64,000 nucleotides of DNA from Podarcis vaucheri (Eukaryota). Shown one piece after another: positions 49,700-61,166 of the stretch (positions are counted from its first letter, which is position 1; every line of letters starts with the position of its first letter). Position numbers and translations under genes: made by a program. The stretch is taken from NCBI GenBank assembly GCA_965113315.1, contig OZ220364.1; one strand, written 5' to 3'. Below the pieces are notes generated by a model. It was not told where the DNA came from and did no database searches. It worked only from the letters and a program-made list of their open reading frames with translations.

Positions 49700-51430
49700 G
49701 TTGACTTACATTTTTAAAAGTTGCATTAGATTCAATCTCTCGAGAAGGACTGTGTGATAAATTCAACTCTTCAAGTATAGATAAAAGATTATTGTTCTTG
49801 ATTATATGTCTATATAAGAACACTGTGCTGAAAGTGCGTTGCTCTACAAATGGGCAACTCACAGGATCCATACCAGCCACAAAGGAAGTTAAGCAAGGTT
49901 GTATCCTAGCTCCCACACTGTTTAATTTATATATAAATGATATTATCCAGAGTTTAACATCCCCAAAGTATTACGCCCCTAAATGGGCCACAAAAGCCAT
50001 TTCTATATTATTATACACAGATGATGTGGTACTTCTATCTCAAACAAAAGTGGGCCTAAAAAAGATTGATGAAGGCATTCTCAGGATACTCCCAAAGAGA
50101 ACAGCTGGCTGTGAAATACAATAAAACTAAAATCATGGTGTTTTCAAGAAACTATAGGGCCCATAGATGGTATATGGATAATCAGTTGATCGAACAAGTC
50201 TTTAAATACCTCAGCCTTATTTTCAGTCATTAGGGTCATGGGGAACACATCAGAAATATGTAAAGGAAAAAGCATCTCAAATAGCCAAAATTCTGACAGC
50301 TTTTTTCGTACAAATCAGCACTTGAAGTGTTTAAAGCTAAACCCCTAGCAGTGTTATTACATGGGGCTCAGATTTGGACAGGCGCACACCTTGGGTCTAC
50401 AGAAGCTGTTCAGTCTAAGTTCCTAAGGCCATTCTTTTCTGTTCCATCCTATGTTCCAAATGCTTCATTGTACTTGGGGGCAAATCTCTCCTCTGTTGAA
50501 TTAAAGATTTGGTGTCGGACATTTAATTATTGGTTTCGGCTAAATTTAAACCCCACTGGTCCACTACCTTAAGTATCGCAAGATTGTCATGAGAGCACTT
50601 GGACTGAAATTGTCAACCAAAAGTTTACTTTTCTGGTTTATTACAACAGTTATTAACACTTTGCTTCAGTAAAACAAATAATTTAATTTGACCGTGCCTA
50701 TATGATATTGAGTGACAGAATAATTTGGCCACGATTAGGAAATTTTGTCCATGGTATGATTATTTTCCACCTAGTCATTTGACACATTGGCACCTTATTT
50801 GCAATATTTGCAAAATTTAACAATTCCAGAATACAGATGTGCTTTCACATATGCAAGATCGAATATTTATACACACACACACACACCCTGCCCATCTGGC
50901 TGTGTTTCCCCAGCCACTCTGGGTGGCTCCCCACAGAATTAAAAGCACAATAGAACATCAAACATTAAAAACTTCCCTAAACAGGGCTGCCTTCAGATGT
51001 CTTCTAAAAGTCAGATAGTTGTTTATTTCCTTGACATCTGATGGGAGGGCGTTCCACAGGGCGGGTGCCACTACCATCGGCTGTACTTGAGGGTCGATTT
51101 CAAAAAATTCAGCTGGAAAAGCAGTTATGTCCATGTGGAGATGGCAGTATTGAGTCAGTGGCCCATGTGATTCTGGCTTGCACTCTTTATACTGTCCATG
51201 CCAGGTCACTCAACCATTGCTACTGTGTCCTTTCTTCTAGCAGATCAAGATAATCAGGTGACAGCAAAAACTGCAACAATTTTAGTAGGGGCAATTAGAA
51301 TAAGATCTGTTATTTGATTATTCATGTAAACCTCCAAAATGTATTTTGTATAGTTAAGTTTTTACCTCTATCTTCAGTACATGTTATTTTATTTTCTTGC
51401 CATGGCTAGTGGCTGCTGCAAATAAAGATT
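49700..51430 (+). mobile_element. degraded non-LTR retrotransposon (RTE-X-like): RT domain, C-terminal Cys/His motif, 3'UTR
   Basis: KQGCILAPTLFNLYIND...LLYTDDVVLLS RT motifs; LCPCGDGSIESVAHVILAC; AATAAA at 51421; frameshifts and stops; interrupted by an L2 fragment. Confidence 0.82.
50868..51075 (-). mobile_element. L2 3' end inserted in the RTE-X-like element
   Basis: VVAPALWNALPSDVKEINNYLTFRRHLKAALFREVFNV on the minus strand; (CA)n at its tail. Confidence 0.87.
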
Positions 51431-51524
51431 CTTCTGATCTGACTCTAAAAATATATATATTTTCTGCTATCTTCTGTTAATAATGGTCATAAGTGACACA
51501 TTCCACGTACCTCAGTATTATTTA

Positions 51525-51638
51525 CACTGACTGGCAATGGCTGTCCAGAGTTGCAGACAGGGGACAATTTACCTGGAGATGCCAGAGATTGAACCTGTGA
51601 CCTTTTGCAGGCAAAGCAGATTCTCTGCCATTGAGCTT
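51525..51638 (-). mobile_element. old tRNA-derived SINE fragment
   Basis: minus strand agctcaatggcagag...ggttcaatctctggcatctccagg (A and B boxes). Confidence 0.65.
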
Positions 51639-51823
51639 CCAATAGTGAAGAATGCCTTAATCTTTATTGGTACCTTAGAAATCAAGGCTGGAATTCTGTG
51701 TACACACAACTGGTAGTAAGCATTTTGAACACAGTAGGCCTTACTTCTGAGTAAACATACATATGCAGGATTGTTTCCTTTGTGTTTCTTTGGCTGATAT
51801 TTGAATTGACTCTATTTTCGCAG

Positions 51824-51936
51824 GTCCTTTGTTATCCAGCAAATTCAAAACAGCAATCTCTTCATGGTGGTAGTAAGTAATGAATGCGACTGCGAGTCTG
51901 TTTTGCCAATTACCATGGAACCAATAGAAATAAGGT
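51824..51936 (+). CDS. CACNA2D3: CACNA2D3 exon, SFVIQQIQNSNLFMVVVSNECDCESVLPITMEPIEIR(Y), ending at a U12 AT donor
   Basis: ttttcgcag| acceptor; followed by ATATCCTTTT; 113 nt; frame is kept with the next exon only with the AT-AC boundaries. Confidence 0.95.
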
Positions 51937-52649
51937 ATATCCTTTTACTTGACGCCGGCACGACCTCAGACAAGCAATGCGAATTTTAGTAAAGTGTTCA
52001 AAGTAAATTGGTTTGCTAATTGACTGCATATAACCTCCCTGATCCCACACAAATGCAATTCCATCACCAAGAAAGCCAAATCTTGAGCACTTGTGAATTC
52101 AACAATAGCAGGTTTGCCACAGCCATAGTCTCTCTGCAGCAGTGGCAAGCTTGGGGCTGTGGCCAGTGCTCTTGGTAAGCACTTGCCTCAGTTATGCTCT
52201 TGGCAAGACAAGCAAGTCCAGAATGCAAAAAAAGTAAATGCGAGAGATGATAAAACTATACCTTTATTTGATGATTTATTTTATATTTTCTGTGTAGCAG
52301 AAGTGATGAGGTTTCACTTGATAGCATGCTAATAGTAGGGTCCTGGGAAGGGTGGCAAATCTGATATTCCAGATTTGTGGATTTCAGGACACACCTCTGC
52401 ACCAAACAGGAGTGCCAGCTTGGCCCCACGACTGTGGGTACCCAGGGCCGTGGGTGCCATGCAACATGCATGGCCCTGGCACTGAAATATGTGGGTGCCT
52501 GGGCACCCAGGGCCCCAGGGAGTTGGCACCTGTGGGGAGGTGGTACTGCAAGTAGATGCTCCTGTTTTGTGACAGGCATTCGACTAGAGGGAGTTTCTTT
52601 TAGCTTGATAAATCCTGATTTTTAAGGCATATCCTTAACTTCTGAGAAC
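51937..52649 (+). other. U12-type (minor spliceosome) AT-AC intron, 713 nt
   Basis: 5' end ATATCCTTTT; branch site TCCTTAAC at 52632-52639; 3' end AC at 52648-52649; no polypyrimidine tract; junction T|AT restores Tyr in IRYNESLKC. Confidence 0.93.
52407..52532. mobile_element. small hAT-like MITE inside the U12 intron
   Basis: ends CAGGAGTGCCAGCT / AGTTGGCACCTG; internal GTGGGTGCC and GCACCC repeats. Confidence 0.55.
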
Positions 52650-52732
52650 ATAACGAATCCCTAAAATGTGAACGCTTAAAATCCCACAAGATTAGAAGAC
52701 GTCCAGAGTCTTGCCATGGATTTCATCCTGAG
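52650..52732 (+). CDS. CACNA2D3: CACNA2D3 penultimate exon, (Y)[27 protein letters not shown]
   Basis: AC| acceptor, GAG|gtatgt donor; 83 nt. Confidence 0.95.
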
Positions 52733-53308
52733 GTATGTGTTTTAGTTTACATTGAAAAGGTCTGTTAAGAATGAGCAAAAGTGTATTTGTTCCTTTTCTG
52801 CATCTCCCACTGCCTTTCTTTTCTGCTAGGGTGCTTCATCGTTATCGCAGACTTGGTATACACAAGAAGGACTTTCCCACATTTCTTTCTCAAACAAGGG
52901 TGGCTAAGCCCCCGTTTAGGGGCCTGATCTGGCTCCCCAAGCAAATTTTTCTCACCCCATCCAATGATTTTGGTGGCAGGGGTCCAAAAAGAAAAGAGAG
53001 AGTGTGCTGGGGTGTGCAAAGCCTAATGCCTTAGTGGTTATTCATATTGCTCCCTCCCCCTGTTACCAGACCAGTCATTTGGTGAGCGAAGAGGGGACCG
53101 TGTGCTTCCTGTCTTTGCCTGTGGACAGATCTACACTCATGGTTTCTAGCATTAAGAAAGGGTTAAGGAAAGCTGTAAGGGTCACATTCCATTTAGCTTA
53201 GAACGTTAAAAATGTATTATTAAAATGTGTGTGTTGGTAAATATTGGCTTGGACGATTGTAACGCTCTGCTTTTCTCCCGCTTCACTTATTGTGGGTTTG
53301 TTTTTCAG

Positions 53309-53401
53309 GAGAATGCCAGAGAATGTGGTGGCGTTTTAGGCCTGAGTGCTAAGCCCGCTCTTCTTGTGCTTCCTCTGCTTCTGGCCGTTTTCTCAAGGTG
53401 A
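53309..53401 (+). CDS. CACNA2D3: CACNA2D3 terminal coding exon, ENARECGGVLGLSAKPALLVLPLLLAVFSR* (GPI-anchor signal)
   Basis: tttttcag| acceptor; CGG omega-site motif followed by a hydrophobic tail; TGA at 53399-53401. Confidence 0.96.
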   Translation, partial: ENARECGGVLGLSAKPALLVLPLLLAVFSR

Positions 53402-53755
53402 CACTGACTGAGAAGCAATCACTTGGCATGCTAAACAATACATGGATAAACTGTGAACTGAGAAAAGGTGCAACTTAGAAGACATGAAACTATAGTCAAA
53501 ACATCAGCATTTCATGATTTTAAATGGTGGGATGATATAAACTCTCCAAATTATGTAAAAAAAGAGAGAGAGAGGGAGAGATTTATCTTTTTTTGGTGCA
53601 TCATGCAAAGATGGATTTGCCATACAATAGTCACAATTCATCAAGAACAGGACTTCAGTAGATAGAAACAGATGGTCATTATTTTCTGCTTTGTTCCATG
53701 GAAAACGGTTTAAAACTGTGTACTTTTTAAATAAAGTATATTAAAATCACAATTT
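53402..53755 (+). other. CACNA2D3: CACNA2D3 3'UTR (3' end approximate)
   Basis: between the stop codon and tandem polyadenylation hexamers. Confidence 0.7.
53730..53745 (+). terminator. polyadenylation signals AATAAA (53730-53735) and ATTAAA (53740-53745)
   Basis: first canonical hexamer after the stop, TGTA just upstream and GT-rich ggtgtttgattt downstream. Confidence 0.75.
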
Positions 53756-55359
53756 TCTAGCAGGTGTTTGATTTAACCTAGCCATGAAGCAAGCCCCTGT
53801 GCAAAAGATTGTATTTTACCCCTCCAAAGCATTTTACACGGGTGAAAACAGGGAGACACAGTGAACCTATAAGCTTACTGATAACCCTGAATGTGTGAAG
53901 ACTCCTTTCAGCCTGATTCAGAACTAATTGGGGGGAAACAGACTAACCTTTACACACAGAGAGAGTTAATGCTGATTTCTTTTTTTCTTAATTCTAAATC
54001 AGACTAGTGAATGTTTGCCCATTTTTAATTTGACAGTGTGTCTGATTTTGACACAGTACAGCAGCAAATGTAAAAATATTGAGCTTTAGAATACAGGTAT
54101 TAGGGGAATGATCAGCCTTCCTGCCACTTTGATTGAACGTAATATGCCACACTGTCATTTTCTTGTCATTTTCATCAACACTGTGTCTTCACTGATGTGT
54201 TCTTGATAAAACTGTTTGCAATTAATGATAAATGATGCAAACTCTCACGGGCAGAGCTATCTGATCAACCAGAGTTCTTCATTTAAATTAAACCCTCCTG
54301 GAAACCATATTATTTAGAAATGTCACAAGACTATCATTGCTTAAATCGATATCCATGATTCAGTCATTTTTCTTGACATGTGCTTAACAAAACATGGTTA
54401 GGGAATCGCATTCAGCCGCAAGATTTTTGTATTTATTCACAGTTATTCCTCATATCTGAATAGCAAAAACTAGGGCTGTTACAATCCGGCACAAGTAAAT
54501 GAGGATTAAGGCCAGACCCAAAATCTAATAAAGTGTGCTAGATGCATCAGCTTGTGCTGCAAAGAAGACTTTAAAGACTCCTGCCAGCCCTCGAGTTTAC
54601 AGCTGTGCTGTCTTCTGTCTCTCTTTTCTTTTTCTCTTTTTTGCATCTGTGTCACTTAGAACTCTCAATCCATGGCCTCCTTTCAATTCTGCCAGTGTGT
54701 CCTGAACAGGTGGCTGCCTGAGGCAGATTGATTCAAAGGAAGCAGTAACTGTTTCATTGTGTAAGCAACTATAAAGGACCATTTCCCCCTCAGAACTGAA
54801 ACCCTGCAGGCGGTGGGCATTTTTACTCCCTTCTGGTTTGGAGATCAAGGTGGAAGACCCGAGCATTTGTAGTTGTTTTGCTTATATCTCTCCTAAAGGA
54901 ACTCTTTGTGCCTTTGCTCATGATTCTTTGTTATGCAGCTTGTTCCTATCCATGCTTACTCAAACGTAAGCCCCACTGACTTCAAATGGGATTTGCTTTC
55001 CCAAGCAAGTATACATAGGAGTATGGACGGCATTTATTAAGTCTTTAACATGCCACAAAACTTATTTTTGCTCAAGGGACGAACACAACATATCCCCCAC
55101 CCCCATTCACCCTTGTTACATTTGGCTTTTTTCTAGTTTCTAGCAGAAACATCTTTGGATTATCTTTGCCAACTGCAAAAATACAAATAAGTAAAACATA
55201 CGTATTTATTTATTTACTGCAAAAAAAAGTTCAGCATCGAGGATGGATTGGGAAATAGCACTATAACTGCACACTGCATCTCGGGTTAACACCCAAGTTT
55301 GCATCTAAATGAAACAAACTTATTTTATAGGTCTGCATACTGTATATTATAGGGTTTGA

Positions 55360-55506
55360 CAGTGCTTTTTCTATAAAAAAAAATGTTTAGGGGTACTCTC
55401 ATTTTCCTTCTCACATTGAAATACTGCCCCTCAGTGAGTCCAAACTTAGATTCATAAAATGTTTAGGGGTATGTGTACCCCCTGCGTCCCCCCAGAAAAA
55501 ACACTG
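55360..55506. mobile_element. hAT MITE, family copy 1
   Basis: TIR CAGTG(C/T)TTTTT; perfect 8-bp TSD gggtttga; similar to 62954-63100. Confidence 0.92.
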
Positions 55507-55882
55507 GGGTTTGATATGAACTTACTTTCAGGATAGCAACATATAACTTCTTCTGTCTCTTACTTTATTTGCTCACACAAGTCAAAAGTTGAGCAAAAAG
55601 GGCCCTGAGCACATATGGCCTATTTGAGGGATAGTCAACATGGTGCCCGCCAGACACTGCTGTACTACAACTCCCATGCTCTCTTGGTGTTGGCCAAAAA
55701 GGCAGATTACAAAGAATAAACACACAGGTGCAAATAGAAATGATGCAAATGAAACAAATTCAAAACATATTAAAAGTATTAAAACCCCAATACGTTTGTG
55801 TTCCAGCCAAAAAGGCAAAGAGCATTCCCCACAATAATGTGTGTGAGAGAGCAAGAGCAAATACTTAAGCAGCAGCTCCTCC

Positions 55883-56124
55883 TGTTAAGTTGTGGGCGAA
55901 CATAGCAGATGACACAGTGGTTTCTCCAGAGAAGCTCTTTATTGAAGCTGAACAGAACTGAACAGCAAACAGCTCAGCCGGCCTGCTTTTATAGGCAGCC
56001 GGCTATCAACATTGTAGCAACAACAACCCAGGGTTTCCCACCTAAAATAACTGACGTGGACCTGAGTGAAAACTATCTACACCATCCCCCTGCTGGCCCA
56101 GGGTGAGAACTTCAGTACATAACA
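55883..56124 (-). mobile_element. solo LTR, 242 bp
   Basis: TGTTA...TAACA ends; perfect 5-bp TSD cctcc; minus-strand TATAAAA upstream of AATAAA. Confidence 0.88.
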
Positions 56125-56678
56125 CCTCCTTTCCCCCGTTTTTGGCTTTTCCCAAAGAGGCTCACCTGGCACCTTCATTCTATATATTTAGGTGCCAAGC
56201 AAAAATTCTTCTCCGAGGCCTTTGGCTGATTAAACCACCTATGGCCTTTTGAACTGGGGAGGGGGGTATTGTTTTTGTTCGTTAATATGTTATGTATTTT
56301 GGAGTTCTTATATTGTAAACCACCCCATGGTCCTTGCATGGCGGGTAGTACATAAATTCAATTTCTAAAATAATTTTAGAAAATATCCTAGACAAACTGG
56401 ATTTCAGGAGAAGTTCAATGCAACACAGACCAAAGCAAGCATGTGGAAGAATAATGGAAGAGAATAGAGCCAGCTAGGCCTAGCTAAGCAAGGATGGAAA
56501 AGAGTATTTTGTGGGAGAGAGGGTTGCTCCTCTATTATCCCTTCATTAAGCTGCCTTTTCTAATGTTCTGTAAGCAGTTGCTGCAATGGCTGTTATTGCA
56601 ACAGGTATGTATTTAAGGAACAGTTGCTGCTGTTGTTCAGAGCCATTTGGTTCTGAAGCCCTGGTGTACCTGGCAGTA

Positions 56679-57224
56679 TGTCAAGTCCCCAGTCCAGGGT
56701 CAAACTACACATGTCCAAAAAGTCCAGAGACCAAAGCAGAATCCCACAGAGACCCTGGAGCATCTAAGCTGCAGTTCATCAACGTAGGCAGTTGAGCAGA
56801 AACAGCACCTCCCTTTTATAATTTGCCTGCTGATTGCAGCATCTGGGCTTCATGAGGCATGTGACCCTCAGCCTACGCCAGCTGAGGAATCACACACCTC
56901 CTCCAAGAGCTAGCGAGCCCCACCTGGCCAGCTAGGGAGCTGGGCTGTGGGCTTCTGCCTGCCTCAGCCTCCTAGAAGGTCCCTCCTTCTGCTCCCTACG
57001 CCTCAGAGCCTGTCGTGTTTGTGAAGATGGTGGGGGCTTGTGGCTCCAGTGATGGATCCTGCTGCTCTGGTTCCTGTGCACTGACCCCCATCCTCTTGCC
57101 ATCCTCCGTCACCCTGTGAGTACTTCTTTTCCCATCCCCTGCTTGCCTTGGTGTGCCCCAGTCCTGCCTACACCCCTCGCCGGAATCCTCTTCCTCCTCC
57201 CAGTTGTCCTGCCAGTTCATGACA
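56679..57224 (-). mobile_element. probable Gypsy-type LTR remnant
   Basis: TGTCA...TGACA ends, minus-strand TATAAAAGG, purine-rich U3-like segment; no matching TSD. Confidence 0.5.
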
Positions 57225-58621
57225 CTTTTCAAGGCTTAAAACTAAAACGTTTTAGGAACGCACAATAATTCCATGTTTTGGAAGAATGGGTAACAGATAA
57301 TTATTTGTGTTCCTCATAGATCTGAGGATGCTTTTCTACATATACTGCTTCCAACCCAAAGATCTTCAGCCTACATAATTTTGGTTCAGTCAAAGGGTCA
57401 CGGAGATTGCGTATATAAAAGCCAGCAGACAGCGCCCTCCTTCACTCCTCTGTTAAAGCCTATTATAGCAGAATAGTCACAATATCTTATGAAAGTGTTG
57501 AATTTGTGGGAAATGAAAACAGCATTGCTCAAGTCTGTCCCCCCCCACCATTGAATCTTTTTTTAAAAAAAAAATCTTAATTTAATTCTTTTTTTACATA
57601 TGGCAGTTATTACATCTTTGTGTCTGTCTGTCTTTGAAAGGAAAGGCTTATGCTGAACATATTTAGCACTAATCACTTATGGTCTCCCTAACAGTAAACA
57701 ATGATCTTAAATAGCCTTATGAAGGATGTAAATGATCTACAGTTCATGCACCTTACTTCCAGCTCAGCCTTTGAGGCCTTTAGGCAATTCTGTTTCATAT
57801 TAGAACAAAGCATGAATCTCCAAGACTGCATTTCGCTGGAGAGGGGAAGGGCTGATAATTCTTAGCTGTGAAGTTAGAAATTTGTCCCATTCACTCTTTT
57901 CCGAATACAGCACCCCCTTTCTTCGTAAGGATCTGGCAGATTTAAGATTAGTATAGACAGGATACCCTGAGGAAACATTAATGACCTCCAGAAGGAAAAA
58001 GATCAACACACACACAGAGAGAAACCACTACTACCCTCATGTCGAGTGCTTGATATGTTATATGGTAGCAGAAGACCTTGCAAGCCAGTAGGGAGGCCAA
58101 GGAGCATGCGGACGACTTAGAAATATTAGGTGGGTTTCTTTTCCTCCTTTGGTAACAGTTGCTCGTGGCATCCATGCCAGATTTATGGAAGTATCCTCCT
58201 GCAAGCAATATTTGATACTGTAGAAGTCTCCAGCAAAGCTCCTCCACAAATGCTGGCAAAAGTGTGTGGCCTTATCCACAAACGCCCCCTACCCACCCTC
58301 TAATGCGAAGCTTTTATTTTGTAGTCGTCATTTTAATTGTATTATCTATCAACGTGATTTTGAAAATGGGGGGGGGTAGCCTTGTGTATTTGTATAATCG
58401 AATAGCATGCTACTTGCTTGCAGGTTTCCCACAGGAATCTGGCCACCATGAAAAGAGGATGCTAGGTTATTAGCCTGATGTAGCAGGCTCTCCTTACAAG
58501 GTTCCACATTCTTATGTTCTTGTCTGTAAAGAAGCCTGCGTACAACAGCTGTAACTAAAAGAAGGAAGGCAGCTGACTTTACTAATAATATATGGAACTT
58601 TGCCCCCCCTTTACTATGCTC

Positions 58622-58864
58622 CTGCCAACCTCGCAGTTTGAAAGCACGTCAAAGTGCAAGTAGATAAATAAGTACCGCTCCGGCGGGAAGGTAAACGGCA
58701 TTTCCGTGCGCTGCTCTGGTTCGCCAGAAGCGGCTTAGTCATGCCGGCCACATGACCCACATGACATGTACGCCGGCTCCCTTGGTCAGTAAAGCGAGAT
58801 GAGCACTACAACCCCAGAGTCGGCCACGACTGGACCTAATGGTCAGGGGTCCCTTTACCTTTAC
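58622..58864 (+). mobile_element. 5'-truncated Sauria SINE
   Basis: gtgcaagtagataaataagtaccgct body, (ACCTTT)n-type tail; direct repeat cctttactatgctc at 58608-58621 and 58858-58871. Confidence 0.9.
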
Positions 58865-60970
58865 TATGCTCACTACTGGGGTATATCATAGTATGGCTCC
58901 TTTCCTGCAGTGCTGTTATATTCTTCTCACTCCCTGGTCCTACCTTGATGAATCAGAGCAAGCAGGAGACACCCCAGCCCCATGGTTTCTGCATGATTCC
59001 CATAATCGGAGGACACCGGTGCTGCTTTTTTAAAAATGGCCACTGCGTTGACTACTGGAGGTCCAGCAAGCACTTTTCTTCAACAGCGTAGGAAAAATGA
59101 CAACAGGACTGCAAACCCATGCTGAGTTCAGTAGTAGGAATTGGAAGCTGCAAGACAGAGACTCTGGCTGAGCTTTGGAAGGACCCAGTCTATGATGCTA
59201 GTGTGGAAGTATTTATACAAGGATGTAAATAGTAGCAGTACTGCGATTAGATGAGATCATTTGTGTTCCTGCAGTGCTGTCACATTTCCATGTTCTGCGT
59301 TCTAAAGTAAACTGTACAGAAACCTTGATCTGGTAAATTATTCCAAGGATTAAAAATTCTCTAGGAGGGCAGGGTTTGTTTGTTTTTTGTTGGAGTTAGC
59401 AAGTGATGTGATACAGTTCTCACTGGGATCCTCATAAGAACATGAGGATTACCTTACTAAGGTTGCTTCCAGATGACCTGATTTTTGAGCAGTTATCCCA
59501 GTTTGTTGGCACAAAGTTTGTATGGAAGTTATACATCACTAGCTGCTTGTTCTGATTTGTTTGGGGGGGGGGGAGAGTTATACAAGACTGTATCAAATAG
59601 GTATCCCAGTGCATTTTCTCATAACGTTTGTTACAGCAAAAAGGCCATAGGTTTTTTTTCGAAGCAGGTTTGCTGTGCAAGAGAACCAAGCCACTATAAT
59701 TGTGTGATGTGCATATTTTTTGGTTAGCAATTGAAACCCACCCGATAGCAACAGTCTGGAAATGTAAATGAAGTCCATCAATCTGCAGGATTCCTGAACT
59801 CAGCACGAGTTGCACTAGATTACCTCTTGGGTCTTCCAAATCTTTGATTTTGCAGGCCAGCTGTCTCAGTGAGAATCCCCCATCAGGACCAAATCATCCA
59901 CTCACTTGTGAATAGTTTTACATCCTGGATGTAAAATTCCTGAAAAGTTGTGGCATTGTGCAGGACTGAAGGAGACATTCTCAAAATATTTCATCCCAGC
60001 TTTGGTGCTGTATATAGCAAGAGGAGCCCATTGGGCATTCCTAAATTGGATTCTAGTAGATGCTAGACTGTACATAGGTATATTCAGCCAGAACTGAACA
60101 ATTATCTCCTTTGTTTTGTTTTCTCTCTTTGGTTACAATGAATAACTTCTTATAGATAACTGACACCAGAACTCAGAAATAGTGACCTGAATATTTTTTC
60201 TTTTGTCCAGCAATTTTTCTGCAAGGTTTACTGCCCTTAGAAATGAAGAGATCAGTTTTGTTATTCTAGGGGGAATATATTTAGTCCTGGAAATGGATGG
60301 CGGAGAGTAGGATTCCACACTTAGTCATTTTTTGTTAATGGTAAGCAGAAAATCATCTTACTTTCTGGTTCTAATTACACCTCTCAACCCCAGTCACTGC
60401 AGATGCACTTGGGTGCAATAACTTAAAGCATACCATGGGCAACATTTTTCACACAAGCCTCTTAGATGTCACTATAAATCACTTTCAATCTTCTGGATCG
60501 GTTTTCATCTTAAAGCTCATAGGCTCCTCCTCTTGCATATATATATATATATATATGTAGGACATCTTCCTATAGACATCAGCAAAGGTTTTCTCTGTTT
60601 ACAAAAGGTGGGCTGGATAGTCAGAATAACATTCTTTCTATAATGGAAAGAGAGTCAAAACAGTTCCTAATATCCTGGGAGATTCCATTGCTCTTATCAT
60701 TCCTCTAGAGTCTAGGTTTAATGAAACTCCAAGGACATGCTTGATAACAGCTTCAAATAATAATTCTCTCTACAGTTTTTAAGACGGTGATCTGATTATT
60801 AAGGTAGATTAAACTCAGGGATAAACAACATGGTCCCCTCCAGATGTTGCTGGACTACAGCTCCAGTCCCAGCCAGCATGGCTAATGGTCAGTGATGATG
60901 AGCTACTGTTGGTTTAACATCATCAGTTATGAAACCATGCTAAGGCGTTTAGGCCCCTTTGGAGGAGGTG

Positions 60971-60971
60971 T

Positions 60972-60999
<28 letters not shown>
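60971..60999. repeat. (AC)n microsatellite
   Basis: directly visible. Confidence 0.95.
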
Positions 61000-61002
<3 letters not shown>

Positions 61003-61166
61003 AAAATACAGATAAAAACAAACTTTAAAAACAAGTTGACATTAAATTTAATCAAGATATAATTAAAGTTTGACAAGCTTAGTTTATTTTTCATAATCCC
61101 GTTCACACAATCTTGGTCTGATCTTTTACCTTCTATGAGAACTTCAGTCTGCATTTTTAGGACAGT

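Noticed and set aside
53399-53410. stop-codon readthrough at TGA CAC TGA
   Set aside because: Context is not the TGA-CTAG readthrough motif and a second in-frame TGA follows after one codon.
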